Positions 9,846 to 19,566 of a DNA stretch of 33,232 nucleotides are shown piece after piece. This DNA is from a virus (lineage: Duplodnaviria; Caudoviricetes): positions 1-33,232 of IMG/VR virus record IMGVR_UViG_3300032305_000730. One strand, written 5' to 3'. Position 1 is the first letter of the stretch. Every line of letters begins with the position of its first letter. The notes under the pieces were generated by a model. That model made no database searches. It saw nothing but the letters and a program-made list of their open reading frames with translations, and had not been told where the DNA came from. Both the position numbers and the translations under genes were made by a program.

Positions 9846-10562
9846 TTATTTATAAAGTTTAGATAAGAAAGAAGATTGTGCATCTTTTGATTTCTTACCA
9901 TAATTTTTTCTATTTGTTTCAGATGTGAATTTGATAGCTTCATCTGTTGGAGCACCATCTAATTTAGGTAACTCTTCTTCATCTTCAGCAGCCATTGCAA
10001 CTTCTTCAGTTACAGTTTCATCTACTGGAGGCATCATAGCTTCTTCCATCTTCATCATTTTCTTTTCCATCTCTTCAATTCTGTAAGCCATTTCTTCAAT
10101 TTTCTTACCTAATTCGATTTCGATTTCTTTTTCATCTTCTTTAGTTGCATCTTCAGTAATTGGCATTACTTCCTCAGTTTCTTCAGCTGCTTCTAATGTT
10201 CCCTTTTCAATTTGACCAGGTACATCTGCAACTTCATCATCCTTTGTGTAAGTTCCTGCTTGAGGAATGTCTTTTACTTTTTCGTCAGACATTTCTACAT
10301 TTTCTCTTTCAACTATTTTACCTGCTTCAGATTTTACTTTAAGCATAGTTTCATTACCTTCTGTATCTTTCAACATCAAGTCATGCATACCATCTGGTGC
10401 TGGAGATTTAGTTCCATCTTCTGAAACTACGAATAGGTCTTCACCTACATCGAATGTTGCAGACTCTACGATTGTTCCGTCTGCTAATTTAGCATAAGTT
10501 AATTCAACTTCATTTGCTGATAAAAACTCAACAATTTTATTTAGTACTTTTTTTGCGTTCAT
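9846..10562 (-). CDS. Capsid scaffolding protein
   Basis: Very acidic coiled-coil protein (LADGT...APDGMH) immediately upstream of the capsid gene. Confidence 0.75.
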   Translation of the reverse strand: MNAKKVLNKIVEFLSANEVELTYAKLADGTIVESATFDVGEDLFVVSEDGTKSPAPDGMHDLMLKDTEGNETMLKVKSEAGKIVERENVEMSDEKVKDIPQAGTYTKDDEVADVPGQIEKGTLEAAEETEEVMPITEDATKEDEKEIEIELGKKIEEMAYRIEEMEKKMMKMEEAMMPPVDETVTEEVAMAAEDEEELPKLDGAPTDEAIKFTSETNRKNYGKKSKDAQSSFLSKLYK

Positions 10563-10579
10563 ATATTTTTAGTTTATAT

Positions 10580-10611
10580 TGTAATAACAATTATTTTTTG
10601 ATTTGTAGTTA
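10580..10611 (-). promoter_or_regulatory. Putative late promoter (TAAC-N19-GTTATTACA)
   Basis: Motif copy upstream of the scaffold/capsid genes. Confidence 0.7.
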
Positions 10612-10625
10612 TTTTAGTTTTATTG

Positions 10626-10835
10626 TCAATTTTGTTCCTGCATACATTTTTTATATGATTTTAAATTATTTCTCATAAAGAAATAATAAAGTGCAAACCC
10701 CCACCCGTGAATTGATAAATCATATTCATAATCCTCACTATTGATATATTCAATATAAAGATTATAATTTTCATCAGTTAATGTATATTCAGGGTTAATT
10801 AAATGTAATAATTCTTGTAAGTCTTCTTTAGTCAT
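10626..10835 (-). CDS. Hypothetical protein
   Basis: 69-aa ORF filling the gap on the coding strand, with an A/T-rich leader. Confidence 0.6.
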   Translation of the reverse strand: MTKEDLQELLHLINPEYTLTDENYNLYIEYINSEDYEYDLSIHGWGFALYYFFMRNNLKSYKKCMQEQN

Positions 10836-10847
10836 TATAAATTATAT

Positions 10848-11942
10848 TTAGCGTTTTGTATACATGCTTGCAACAAATGCATCATTTTTTTCACCTTCAT
10901 TTCCTGTATTATTAAATCTAATATAAGAGCCGGTTGAGGAAGGTAATAAATACATTGCATCTTTAGTTGCAATCAAATCTCTATAATTTCTATCAGTACC
11001 ACCTACTGCATAGGTAAAAGGTAATTGTGCTGCTATATTTTTTCTCCAATTGTAAACAAAAAGTGTATTTGCAACTTGTCCACCAACTGTATAAATATTA
11101 CCATCAGGACCTCTTTGCCAACCTTGCCTTCTGTCACTAGTAGTAAAAGGAGCCATATCACCAAGTGAAGTTACGGTTTTTTTGTAAGGGTCAATTTTAT
11201 ATACAGTTTTAGTATTTAATTGGCCACCCGTATAAAGATATCCATCATCCGCTAAAACACTTTTATATGCACCATCATTCGCAGTAGTACCTGACATACT
11301 TCCTGATGTTTTATCATTAGTATCATACCAAGTTACAGTAGAGTTTGATTGTGTTATAACTATTACTCCATTAGGTGCATAATTCATTTGGGTTGCAAGA
11401 GATGTATTTGCTATTGTCCCAAGAACAGTATTAGTGGCGGTATCTATATTATAAACATTTAATGTATTTGGATTTGAAGTACTATTTAGAATGTAAAGTT
11501 TACCGCCAATGGCCATTGGCGGACAATCTCCTGCAGCAACACTTATAGTTGTATATGCCGACCCAGTAGATGTTGCTGAAACTGATTTTACATTTGAAGT
11601 ACCTCCATAATAAAATTTATCATCATATGCAGAATAAGTTACAGTAAGATATGTCCCACCTAAAGCAGCACCTTCACTAGATAGATTTTTAATAGTATTA
11701 TAATAAGCTGGTGCACTTGCAAATAATGTAGACAATGCAATAACTCCATCTTTGGATACAGCTCCCTGTACATATCTAAAATCTCCAATTTGTGGTGTAG
11801 TACCTATTACTATACTATCATTTGTTGAAGATGTTATTGCAGTATATTGTGCAGAACATTGCAAATACTTTTGAATATCTCCTAATGCCAATACACTTGG
11901 GTCTGGCCAACTTAAATCGTAATTACTTATTGCTGGAAACAT
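10848..11942 (-). CDS. Beta-propeller protein, candidate receptor-binding tip
   Basis: Roughly 40-aa blade-like repeats (YAPNGVIV, LADDGYLY, GPDGNIY); directly follows the 1070-aa fibre. Confidence 0.65.
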   Translation of the reverse strand: MFPAISNYDLSWPDPSVLALGDIQKYLQCSAQYTAITSSTNDSIVIGTTPQIGDFRYVQGAVSKDGVIALSTLFASAPAYYNTIKNLSSEGAALGGTYLTVTYSAYDDKFYYGGTSNVKSVSATSTGSAYTTISVAAGDCPPMAIGGKLYILNSTSNPNTLNVYNIDTATNTVLGTIANTSLATQMNYAPNGVIVITQSNSTVTWYDTNDKTSGSMSGTTANDGAYKSVLADDGYLYTGGQLNTKTVYKIDPYKKTVTSLGDMAPFTTSDRRQGWQRGPDGNIYTVGGQVANTLFVYNWRKNIAAQLPFTYAVGGTDRNYRDLIATKDAMYLLPSSTGSYIRFNNTGNEGEKNDAFVASMYTKR

Positions 11943-11944
11943 AA

Positions 11945-14900
11945 TTATTTTATATTTTTAACTGCGGTACCTATTACCATATTAGTGTCAAATGTAACAA
12001 AAGATAATAAATCTAATGCTCCAGTTACAGGTGTCGGAGTAAATGTATATCCACCTCCAAACTTAATATAAGGTGCGAATGCAATACTACCGGTATTTGC
12101 TGAACTTTGGGATACTTGTAAATTTATTGTTTGACCTGCTTTAATATTAGTTATCGCAATGTGTGTTGTTGATGATGTAGGTAAGTTTAATGTAAAGAAA
12201 TTACCATTTACCATATCAATACTTGCAGTAGACGATGCAACCGACAATGCATTTACATATCCTCTAAAGCTACCTGTTATTCCTAAACTACCTGTTATCT
12301 CTGCACTACCCGTATAAGGGAATGCAGCACCACCTCCACCAAATGATGATGTAGCAACTTGTGTATTTTGTCCTAATGAATTACCAACCCATGCATATCC
12401 ATTTTGAAGTGATGCAGTAAATCCTGCACTTGCACTTAATGGAGTAAATACTGTAACTCTACCATCGGTATAATTTGTAGTATCTTGGAAACCAAACATA
12501 GCTTTATATGCTAATGTATTATCTGCAATCCATATAGAAGGGCCACCGAAATTAGTAACACCTAAGTTAGTACCATTGATTGTTAAACCAATTTCATTAC
12601 CATCTAAAGTTCCATTATCTATACCTGTTGGATATATTGCTGCAGATTGACCTGCAGTTCCAACAGCACTATCTGAAACATTTATGACAGTAGATGATAT
12701 ATTTACAGTTCTTGTTCCTCTTAATATAGTTATTTTATCAGGAATAAGTTGCATTGACCCTGAGCGTGAACCACCTGCAGTTCCACCAAGCGGACCAGAT
12801 ATATTTATTTGTGGTTGAATTGTTGACCCAGATGCAAACATGTTTGAAGATGATACCCATAATTGGCCTTCTATGATTACATCTTTTTGTGTGGAACTAG
12901 ATACATAAAGTGAGCCAGTTATTATTTGGTCACCTACAAAGTTATTGCTTCCAGTTGTTGCAAAACTACCTGTGTTAATTGTACTTGCAAAAGATGAAGT
13001 TGATACGGCAATGGTTCTACCATTTGCATCACCAACATATGTAAATCCTTGTGCTAAACTCGCAGTGAATGTAGATTGAATATCCGTACTACCTGATACA
13101 ACTAATGATTTTAATATAGTTACTCTACCATCTGTATAATTTTCTGCATCTTGAAATCCTATAAATCCAGTATATGCACTACCACTTTGTCCGACTATTG
13201 CTTGACTAGGCCAGTTATCTATTGGATAAGATGACCCCGATAAAGTTAAACCAAATGTTTTAGTTCCTGAAGTATTAACTAATTGAACAAATGCACCAAA
13301 GTTAGTTGAATAACTAAATCCGGTTCCATGTGATGTATTAGTAACAGTAGATGAAAATCTACCTATATTTGTAGTTGCATCTGATGATGAGATAAATAAT
13401 TGTGGAATTTGGCCGGTTGTTGGGCCAGTTACTGCAATTTTACCTATTATGTTTACATCATTGTTAGTCGTACCTGATACAAATAAACTACCTGTAATAT
13501 ATTGTACTCCTACAAATGAATTGCTACCTGTTGTTGCATAACTTCCAGTTCTAGCAATTAAACTATCTACCTTTTGGTCATTAGATGAAGTATATGAATT
13601 GAAAGATGCCGTTGTTGTAAAACTACCACTTACACCTTCTAAACTATCTAATCTGCTATCCACCGATGTAGAGAATACTAATGGGTCACCTAAACCATTT
13701 ATTGTTGATGCGGATATAGAGTTTGCACTTACTGCTCCTACGAATGTTGCTTGTGTTCCACCACCTTGTCCCATTGCAACTATAATAGTTCCTGCTGATG
13801 TTTGTAATTCTAATCCATTACTTCCTTGTGCTCTAACATGGTGTGTTACTAAATCAGCACCATTCACCATATTGATTGAACCACTTATGTTTATACTACC
13901 TGTTATAGTTTGATTACCTACGAATGTGTTACTGCCTGTTGTTGCAAAGTTACCTGTTGAACCACTAACATCAGGTATAACTACACCGAATGTAGTACCA
14001 TTACCTTTTGTGAATGTTAAAGTATTTCCACTAAATGATGCAGTAGTTAAACTTAAACTTGTAGAAGTAAATAAACTTGCAGTTGCACTTTCTAATGAAG
14101 TTACTCTTTGGTCATTGGATGCAGTATACGCATTGAATGATGAAGTAGATACTAAAGATGATGTACTAAATGATGCAGTGAACAATTGTAAAGATGCAGT
14201 AGCTTGATGTATTGCAGCTAAATCTAAATTAGTTGAAGAAGTATATGCGTTAAAAGAAGCAGTTAAGTTATTTATTGTTCCACTATCAGGTGTATTAACC
14301 GATATAACGGCTGTTCCACCTACAATAATTGCTGATATACCACTACCCGTAAAGTTTAATGATACTGCATTACCTTGTGGAATACCTTCATCTAAGATAG
14401 GCATTGATATAGATGCAGTAATGTTTGTTAACTTACTACCATCTCCAACAAATTGAGATGCTGATATAAAAGAACTTGCACTAATAGATGTGAATGTATT
14501 AGCACCTACAAATATATTGCTACCTGTTGTTGCATAACTACCAGTTCCTGCAATTAAAGAATTTATTTGTGTTTGTTGTGATGCGGATGAAGCATTCAAA
14601 TTAGTTATAGAAATCAATGCAGATGCACTAAACAATTCTAAGTTTTGTGTTTCAACTAATAAACTTGCAGTAGTCGTATTCAAATTATTAATACTAACTT
14701 GTTGAGATGCAGAACTTGCATTCAATTGAGTTACAGATGAATTAAGACTTGCAGTGGTTGACTCCAAATTATTCAATCTAATATTTGCAGATTGAGTAAA
14801 TGCTTGAAGTGATGCAGTTGCTTGATTTAATTGTGATAAATCAGTTGTGTCAGCTACTGTCACATTGAAAGTAGTACCATTACCTTTAGTAAAAGTAATC

Positions 14901-15157
14901 ACATTAGATACAGCTGATGCAGTAATCAATAAACTACCTGTTGTTAATGATTGTGCAGATGCAGTGAATTGTTCTAATGCATCTATTTGTTGGTTCCAGC
15001 TACCACTATCTAAAGTGTATCCGACTTCATCTACCAAAGAGTCAATCATATTTGTATTGAACGCTCTTAGTATTGATGGAGTGATTGCTCCGTTGTTATT
15101 ATTGGGGAAGGAAGTATTGTTATCTACCTTCAGTGCTACTTTAGTTATTTCAGCCAT
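11945..15157 (-). CDS. Fibre protein 2 (long head or tail fibre)
   Basis: 1070 aa, extremely S/T-rich; four (Y/F)ATTGSNxFVG repeats, duplicated TFTKGNGTTF and GFQDxxNYTDGRVT blocks; C-terminal domain shared with fibre 1. Confidence 0.8.
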   Translation of the reverse strand: MAEITKVALKVDNNTSFPNNNNGAITPSILRAFNTNMIDSLVDEVGYTLDSGSWNQQIDALEQFTASAQSLTTGSLLITASAVSNVITFTKGNGTTFNVTVADTTDLSQLNQATASLQAFTQSANIRLNNLESTTASLNSSVTQLNASSASQQVSINNLNTTTASLLVETQNLELFSASALISITNLNASSASQQTQINSLIAGTGSYATTGSNIFVGANTFTSISASSFISASQFVGDGSKLTNITASISMPILDEGIPQGNAVSLNFTGSGISAIIVGGTAVISVNTPDSGTINNLTASFNAYTSSTNLDLAAIHQATASLQLFTASFSTSSLVSTSSFNAYTASNDQRVTSLESATASLFTSTSLSLTTASFSGNTLTFTKGNGTTFGVVIPDVSGSTGNFATTGSNTFVGNQTITGSINISGSINMVNGADLVTHHVRAQGSNGLELQTSAGTIIVAMGQGGGTQATFVGAVSANSISASTINGLGDPLVFSTSVDSRLDSLEGVSGSFTTTASFNSYTSSNDQKVDSLIARTGSYATTGSNSFVGVQYITGSLFVSGTTNNDVNIIGKIAVTGPTTGQIPQLFISSSDATTNIGRFSSTVTNTSHGTGFSYSTNFGAFVQLVNTSGTKTFGLTLSGSSYPIDNWPSQAIVGQSGSAYTGFIGFQDAENYTDGRVTILKSLVVSGSTDIQSTFTASLAQGFTYVGDANGRTIAVSTSSFASTINTGSFATTGSNNFVGDQIITGSLYVSSSTQKDVIIEGQLWVSSSNMFASGSTIQPQINISGPLGGTAGGSRSGSMQLIPDKITILRGTRTVNISSTVINVSDSAVGTAGQSAAIYPTGIDNGTLDGNEIGLTINGTNLGVTNFGGPSIWIADNTLAYKAMFGFQDTTNYTDGRVTVFTPLSASAGFTASLQNGYAWVGNSLGQNTQVATSSFGGGGAAFPYTGSAEITGSLGITGSFRGYVNALSVASSTASIDMVNGNFFTLNLPTSSTTHIAITNIKAGQTINLQVSQSSANTGSIAFAPYIKFGGGYTFTPTPVTGALDLLSFVTFDTNMVIGTAVKNIK

Positions 15158-15174
15158 GTTATTTTAATTATTTA

Positions 15175-15453
15175 TTAGTCTAATATTATGTCGAAACCTT
15201 CACTATATCCATCACTAAATCCACCACCCTTAGTTCTATTAGGAGACTGAGTTTGTCCTATTCCTTGGTTCATAAGATAACCTTTACAACATTTTACATC
15301 GTAAGTGTTACTCTCCAAGCAAATACAACCCTGTCTACTATTCTTTGGTGATGATAATCCTTTAGTTGGGCCAATATAAATTCCAGATTGGTTCTCTCTA
15401 TTGACAGAATATCTTAAATTACCATTCCTACTATTGCTCCATTTTCCTGCCAT
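15175..15453 (-). CDS. Small Cys-rich late protein
   Basis: SSP...GCICLESNTYDVKCCKG...QGIG and terminal FSDGYSEGFD; late promoter upstream. Confidence 0.7.
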   Translation of the reverse strand: MAGKWSNSRNGNLRYSVNRENQSGIYIGPTKGLSSPKNSRQGCICLESNTYDVKCCKGYLMNQGIGQTQSPNRTKGGGFSDGYSEGFDIILD

Positions 15454-15466
15454 CGGTATCGTTTAA

Positions 15467-15498
15467 TATAATAACAACGAATTAGGAATAAATCGTTA
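15467..15498 (-). promoter_or_regulatory. Putative late promoter (TAAC-N19-GTTATTATA)
   Basis: Motif copy upstream of the ATG at 15453. Confidence 0.7.
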
Positions 15499-15770
15499 TC
15501 CCCCTTGTTGCTTCTTTAATGCTTCTCTATGTAGTAAGTTCTTAAGTGTGCTTTCGTCTGATTTGAATGCAAGATATAATAAACACTTTTCTAATGCCTG
15601 TTCTGTTACCCAATCTATCCTACCATATTGCCCGTCTGCAAGTTCAATAAGCGTTTGGTAATTTCCCCACTTTTTTCCAAAATTGATTTGATGTTGGGTG
15701 GCAGTCCCTCCACCTTCAAAGACTTCAGGGTACCGCTCAACAAGTCCATTAACAAATTTACAAAAAAAAA
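15496..15770 (-). CDS. -1 frameshift extension of the tail assembly chaperone (gpGT-like, about 256 aa fusion)
   Basis: After CTC TTT TTT TTT GTA the -1 frame is open (CKFVNGLVERYPEVFEG...FGKKWGNYQTLIELADG...CLLYLAFKSDE...QQGG) to a TAA at 15498-15496 and fills otherwise unexplained DNA. Confidence 0.75.
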
Positions 15771-16265
15771 GAGTGCTCCAAATTGCACATCCATTGAAAC
15801 TTGTAAAAATAACTTATCGTCTATCTCTCCTTTGTATGCTTCAATAGAATACATATCTCCTTTCTTATCTGTAATAGGCCTGTATAGTATAGACATTATC
15901 TTAGACCAGTTATCATCAATAGTTAATTGTCCAAACTTACTTATATCTACATACGCACCATATGCCATCTGTGATAGGTTAGGTTCAAATCCATACTCCT
16001 TGCCATCTATCTTAATTATTTTCTGCAAGGGATATTCAGTATCGTTTACAAATCCTTCTAATGCAATCCTAACTGTGTTGTAATCCTCAATAGAAAGAGA
16101 GTTAATGTACTCTGCATTCAATCCACATAGATGCGATAACATTAAAGCAGTTTGTGCTTCTTCGTCATCAGCATAGTTGCTCATATCCTTTTGTAGTGTT
16201 AGATACTTCTTTAAACTTACACTACTCCAATCAGTTGGAATTGTAAGGGTTATTTCCTTTTGCAT
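15615..16265 (-). CDS. Tail assembly chaperone (gpG-like)
   Basis: 216 aa with IPTDW, YGFEPNL and GALFFF; T9 slippery run at 15762-15770. Confidence 0.7.
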   Translation of the reverse strand: MQKEITLTIPTDWSSVSLKKYLTLQKDMSNYADDEEAQTALMLSHLCGLNAEYINSLSIEDYNTVRIALEGFVNDTEYPLQKIIKIDGKEYGFEPNLSQMAYGAYVDISKFGQLTIDDNWSKIMSILYRPITDKKGDMYSIEAYKGEIDDKLFLQVSMDVQFGALFFFVNLLMDLLSGTLKSLKVEGLPPNIKSILEKSGEITKRLLNLQTGNMVG

Positions 16266-16461
16266 ATATTTGTTTTATTATGTTATTCAATTGTCTTACC
16301 TTGCTTTCTTCGTTGTTTAGTTTAGCATTCATCATTATCATTTTTGCCTGTAAATCCTCATTATCTTGCTGTAAACTCTTAGCATATAGTATTAGCTCTT
16401 TGATTTCCTGCTCATTCCACAGGTTTTGATTAGTATTTGTATTGTCCGATAGAGATTGCAT
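16231..16461 (-). CDS. Hypothetical coiled-coil protein
   Basis: 76 aa with a heptad pattern; overlaps both neighbouring genes. Confidence 0.6.
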   Translation of the reverse strand: MQSLSDNTNTNQNLWNEQEIKELILYAKSLQQDNEDLQAKMIMMNAKLNNEESKVRQLNNIIKQIYAKGNNPYNSN

Positions 16462-17596
16462 ATGTTCCTTTCTTTTGTGCTTTTTGTGATAGAGACATCA
16501 TACAACCATACCTTGCTGCGTCAATAGCATGGTCTAATCCTCCTTCAGGTCTGTCAGTAACATAACCATGTTTGTCACTTTCATATTGGTAGGCGTACAT
16601 CTCATTAATTAAATTCTGTGAGGTTTTCAATATCTTTATCTTATAGTTCTTCATTACTGATATACCAAAGTTAATACTATCTTTACCTTTCACTACTGGC
16701 TTTGTATTAAACCCACTACGATATAACTCTTCTATTAATCTCGGTTCACTGCTATCGCACCATATAGTTTGGTTCTTATCTATTTCCAACCTTTGAAATC
16801 TATTGATGATGTCATTCGTAACCATACCCGTTTCATAAATGAGCTCCTCCAAATATAATGTATCACTATTCTTATAGATTGCCACAAGACTAGCGGGGTC
16901 ATTAGAATAACCAACATCAAACCCAAAGCAGAGAAAGTCACCTTCAATATCATCACATAAGTCAAATTGAAATACTGCTTTATCGTTTGCAGCATATTCA
17001 CCTTTACCATATATCTTCCATTTCTTTTCGTTAGTGTATTGTAAGTCCTCAATTGCTTTAATCATTTCAGCAGGTAAGTAAGGATTGTCTTTGTAGTTAG
17101 TTGTATACCTTTGACACTCTTGCATCTGTCTTAACCAATGATACGGAGATATAGTAGGATTATAAGCTAAAATAATTTTACCTGATGTTCTAATACTCAA
17201 TTGGAAATAACTTTCTTCATCCACTTCACTTGCCTCATCAACAAATAGCATGCTAGACTTAATACCACGCAACTTATCTCCATCGTCAGTATTAAGAAAC
17301 TGTATAGTAGAGTTAGCAAAATTATAAAGCCTATCAGTAGTATTCCAATTATCATCATTGTATATGTTTAATCCTTTAAGTATATCTATGAAATCTTTTA
17401 TCACAGTTCTCTTTAATGATGGTATAGTCTTTCTTACAACTGTAATCGTTTCTTTACCTTCTAATGCTTTAACTATTAGATACTGAATTACTGCATATGT
17501 CTTACCACTTCTTGTACCTCCTATGTGATGTGTAACTCTATGTCCTGCTTCTAATAGATGTTCAAATGTTATGGTTGTATTTATATTAACTTCCAC
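16430..17596 (-). CDS. terL: Terminase large subunit, PBSX/SPP1-like
   Basis: Walker A GGTRSGKT, Walker B LFVDEA, YNP motif, nuclease motifs GFDVGY..DP and DHAIDAARY. Confidence 0.95.
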   Translation of the reverse strand: MEVNINTTITFEHLLEAGHRVTHHIGGTRSGKTYAVIQYLIVKALEGKETITVVRKTIPSLKRTVIKDFIDILKGLNIYNDDNWNTTDRLYNFANSTIQFLNTDDGDKLRGIKSSMLFVDEASEVDEESYFQLSIRTSGKIILAYNPTISPYHWLRQMQECQRYTTNYKDNPYLPAEMIKAIEDLQYTNEKKWKIYGKGEYAANDKAVFQFDLCDDIEGDFLCFGFDVGYSNDPASLVAIYKNSDTLYLEELIYETGMVTNDIINRFQRLEIDKNQTIWCDSSEPRLIEELYRSGFNTKPVVKGKDSINFGISVMKNYKIKILKTSQNLINEMYAYQYESDKHGYVTDRPEGGLDHAIDAARYGCMMSLSQKAQKKGTYAISIGQYKY

Positions 17597-17891
17597 TGCC
17601 TGATTTGGTTATGTTAATATTGATTGAGTGTATTCTTTGGTCTACCTCTATACTACCTTTCAAATCTATGCTTCTCATCTTTGGCATTGCATACTCCATT
17701 AACTTCATTGATAACTCTAATGCTTTAACAGGGTCAGTCTTTTTTAATTCCTCTAAGTCTTGCTGTATTGTATTCAATGTGTTATTCACTGCACGATTTA
17801 TAGTTAACCTCATTTGCTCTGTTGTTCTATTCAGTGCACCTTTTGGTCTACCATTTAAGTTTATCCTTGTATCTCCTTTTATAAATGCCAT
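17586..17891 (-). CDS. terS: Terminase small subunit
   Basis: MAFIKGD...NGRPKG start (ATG 17891) directly upstream of terL. Confidence 0.75.
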   Translation of the reverse strand: MAFIKGDTRINLNGRPKGALNRTTEQMRLTINRAVNNTLNTIQQDLEELKKTDPVKALELSMKLMEYAMPKMRSIDLKGSIEVDQRIHSININITKSGSGS

Positions 17892-17915
17892 AGTATCTTC
17901 ATTGTATTTTACTAC

Positions 17916-17925
17916 TGTAATAACA
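17916..17925 (-). promoter_or_regulatory. Putative late promoter core (TGTTATTACA)
   Basis: Motif copy upstream of terS; the upstream element is degenerate. Confidence 0.6.
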
Positions 17926-17934
17926 CCACTTAGT

Positions 17935-18036
17935 TTATTTTGTAGTATATACCTCCCATGCAATAGTTAATCCAATGGTGAGGACATATGCAAGTAATAG
18001 AGGTATTATAGGGTCTCCTCCTTTATTCTTTTTCAT
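17935..18036 (-). CDS. 33-aa single-pass membrane peptide
   Basis: MKKNKGGDPIIPLLLAYVLTIGLTIAWEVYTTK; below the ORF-track cutoff, tiles the gap. Confidence 0.55.
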   Translation of the reverse strand: MKKNKGGDPIIPLLLAYVLTIGLTIAWEVYTTK

Positions 18037-18181
18037 TTAATCTATCATTTCTAATCAACCACTCTAATACTCTTATAGTCATTTCAACTCCTTCTCTATT
18101 TGTATGAACAGGCCATTCAAGTTGTTTTTTATACATTTCAATTATATCTTTAATTTCTTGTATTAAATATTTTTCTTGCAT
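18023..18181 (-). CDS. Hypothetical protein (52 aa)
   Basis: MQEKYLIQEIKDNIEMYKKQLEWPVHTNREGVEMTIRVLEWLIRNDRLNEKE; translated by hand. Confidence 0.6.
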   Translation of the reverse strand: MQEKYLIQEIKDIIEMYKKQLEWPVHTNREGVEMTIRVLEWLIRNDRLNEKE

Positions 18182-18204
18182 ATTATTTATATTACTTCTT
18201 CCAT

Positions 18205-18369
18205 TTATTTGATTTCTTCATATCCATACATTCCAACTGTGTTTCCATCTGCATCTACTATTACCAACATACCTGCTCTCTTATTACCTCTTAAATAAAT
18301 TTGCTTATCCTTTATCCAACTCCAATCAAAGTTAAGATGTACATATTGATAATCTATGTTAGTATTCAT
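18205..18369 (-). CDS. Hypothetical protein (54 aa)
   Basis: MNTNIDYQYVHLNFDWSWIKDKQIYLRGNKRAGMLVIVDADGNTVGMYGYEEIK; overlaps the upstream stop. Confidence 0.6.
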   Translation of the reverse strand: MNTNIDYQYVHLNFDWSWIKDKQIYLRGNKRAGMLVIVDADGNTVGMYGYEEIK

Positions 18370-18808
18370 AGTAGTCGTGATATGATGGATAATCTCTTGT
18401 AATAGTTTTTCTACTCTTTATAGTTTTAGTTTCTGCAGTTTCTTTATCTCTTCTATCTAATATCCATTTCATAATTCCATTTGCTTCTATCTCTTTCAAT
18501 TGTTTATCATAGTGCTGAGTTATAATAGATTTATCACCTGTCTTTCTGTATTCTTTCCATGCATTACTTAGTTTAGTCCGAATTGTGCAAAACCTGCTAC
18601 CTGCTTCATTTGTTCTATTACTAAACGGATAGTTATCTTTCTTTGCATACTCAGCTCTTTTCTTTTCTTCAATTATTCTTTGTGCTGCATTAACACATGC
18701 CTTACATTTCCATATAGGTTTCATTGTATGGTATTCTGCACCACACTTCTTACATATTCTTGTTTCACCTTTACTTCTGTCAAACTTTCTACTCCATAAT
18801 CCTGCCAT
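18359..18808 (-). CDS. Basic zinc-ribbon protein
   Basis: CKKC...CKAC pairs, lysine-rich. Confidence 0.6.
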   Translation of the reverse strand: MAGLWSRKFDRSKGETRICKKCGAEYHTMKPIWKCKACVNAAQRIIEEKKRAEYAKKDNYPFSNRTNEAGSRFCTIRTKLSNAWKEYRKTGDKSIITQHYDKQLKEIEANGIMKWILDRRDKETAETKTIKSRKTITRDYPSYHDYYEY

Positions 18809-18813
18809 ATAAC

Positions 18814-19356
18814 TTATTTGAAAGGGTTATCTAATATGTTCTCTAAATACTTTCTTATCTTCTTAACTGATATAAAGGTTGTACTCTTACTTATACCTAT
18901 CTTTTTACTTACTTCATCAAGTGTGTCCGATGACATCCAATACAATTCAAATATCTTTGCTTGAGGCCATTGTCTAGTTACTTTAAGTTTACTTAATTCC
19001 TGCATTACTTCTTCATGTGCCGTTTGCAATCTTATATCCCATTCTTCATCGTATGGTACATCTTCTTTTTCATCTGGCATTTCTTCTACCAATATAGTCT
19101 TATTAAGTTTCTTTACCTTATTCATAAACCTACTATGTAAAAACTTATTACAATAAAATAGGTTGTAACTATCTCCCCAAAATATCTTAGGATTGCATTT
19201 CAAGTGGAGGTATTCGAATAATTCACTACAAAGGTCTTCTGCTTCTTCTTGGTTCTTTGTTACCTTCTTTGCTTCATTAACTAACCAACCATTATGTTTG
19301 TTATATAGATTAGTTAGTCTTTCATTACATTCTAGTTGCAAACTACCTGTAATCAT
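18814..19356 (-). CDS. Phage sigma70/ECF-like sigma factor
   Basis: Region-2-like EEAEDLCSELF and region-4 HTH TLDEVSKKIGISKSTTFISVKKIRK. Confidence 0.8.
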   Translation of the reverse strand: MITGSLQLECNERLTNLYNKHNGWLVNEAKKVTKNQEEAEDLCSELFEYLHLKCNPKIFWGDSYNLFYCNKFLHSRFMNKVKKLNKTILVEEMPDEKEDVPYDEEWDIRLQTAHEEVMQELSKLKVTRQWPQAKIFELYWMSSDTLDEVSKKIGISKSTTFISVKKIRKYLENILDNPFK

Positions 19357-19566
19357 TTACTTATTCTTTATGTAATCATTAAGAAAGTCAACTGCTCTTT
19401 TCCAATGTGCTCCACTACTACCACACATACAAGGTTGAGGTTCTTTTTCACCTCTTATATGATTGAATGTATTCCAAACATAATGTGCCTTATCCTCTGG
19501 TAGTCTAGTAGTAATTTGTTTTAGAATACCTTTTAGTTCTTCTAATTGTATTTCTGTTAGTTCCAT
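19357..19566 (-). CDS. Small protein with a PCxCGS motif
   Basis: 69 aa, EPQPCMCGSSG; abuts the sigma factor gene. Confidence 0.65.
   Translation of the reverse strand: MELTEIQLEELKGILKQITTRLPEDKAHYVWNTFNHIRGEKEPQPCMCGSSGAHWKRAVDFLNDYIKNK

Noticed and set aside
3434-15157. Diversity-generating retroelement acting on the fibre repeats
   Set aside because: There is no reverse transcriptase, and the repeat differences are not adenine-specific.
16780-17052. 90-aa minus-strand ORF nested in terL
   Set aside because: It is an alternate frame wholly inside a conserved gene. It has a hydrophobic stretch but no clear lipobox or other support.
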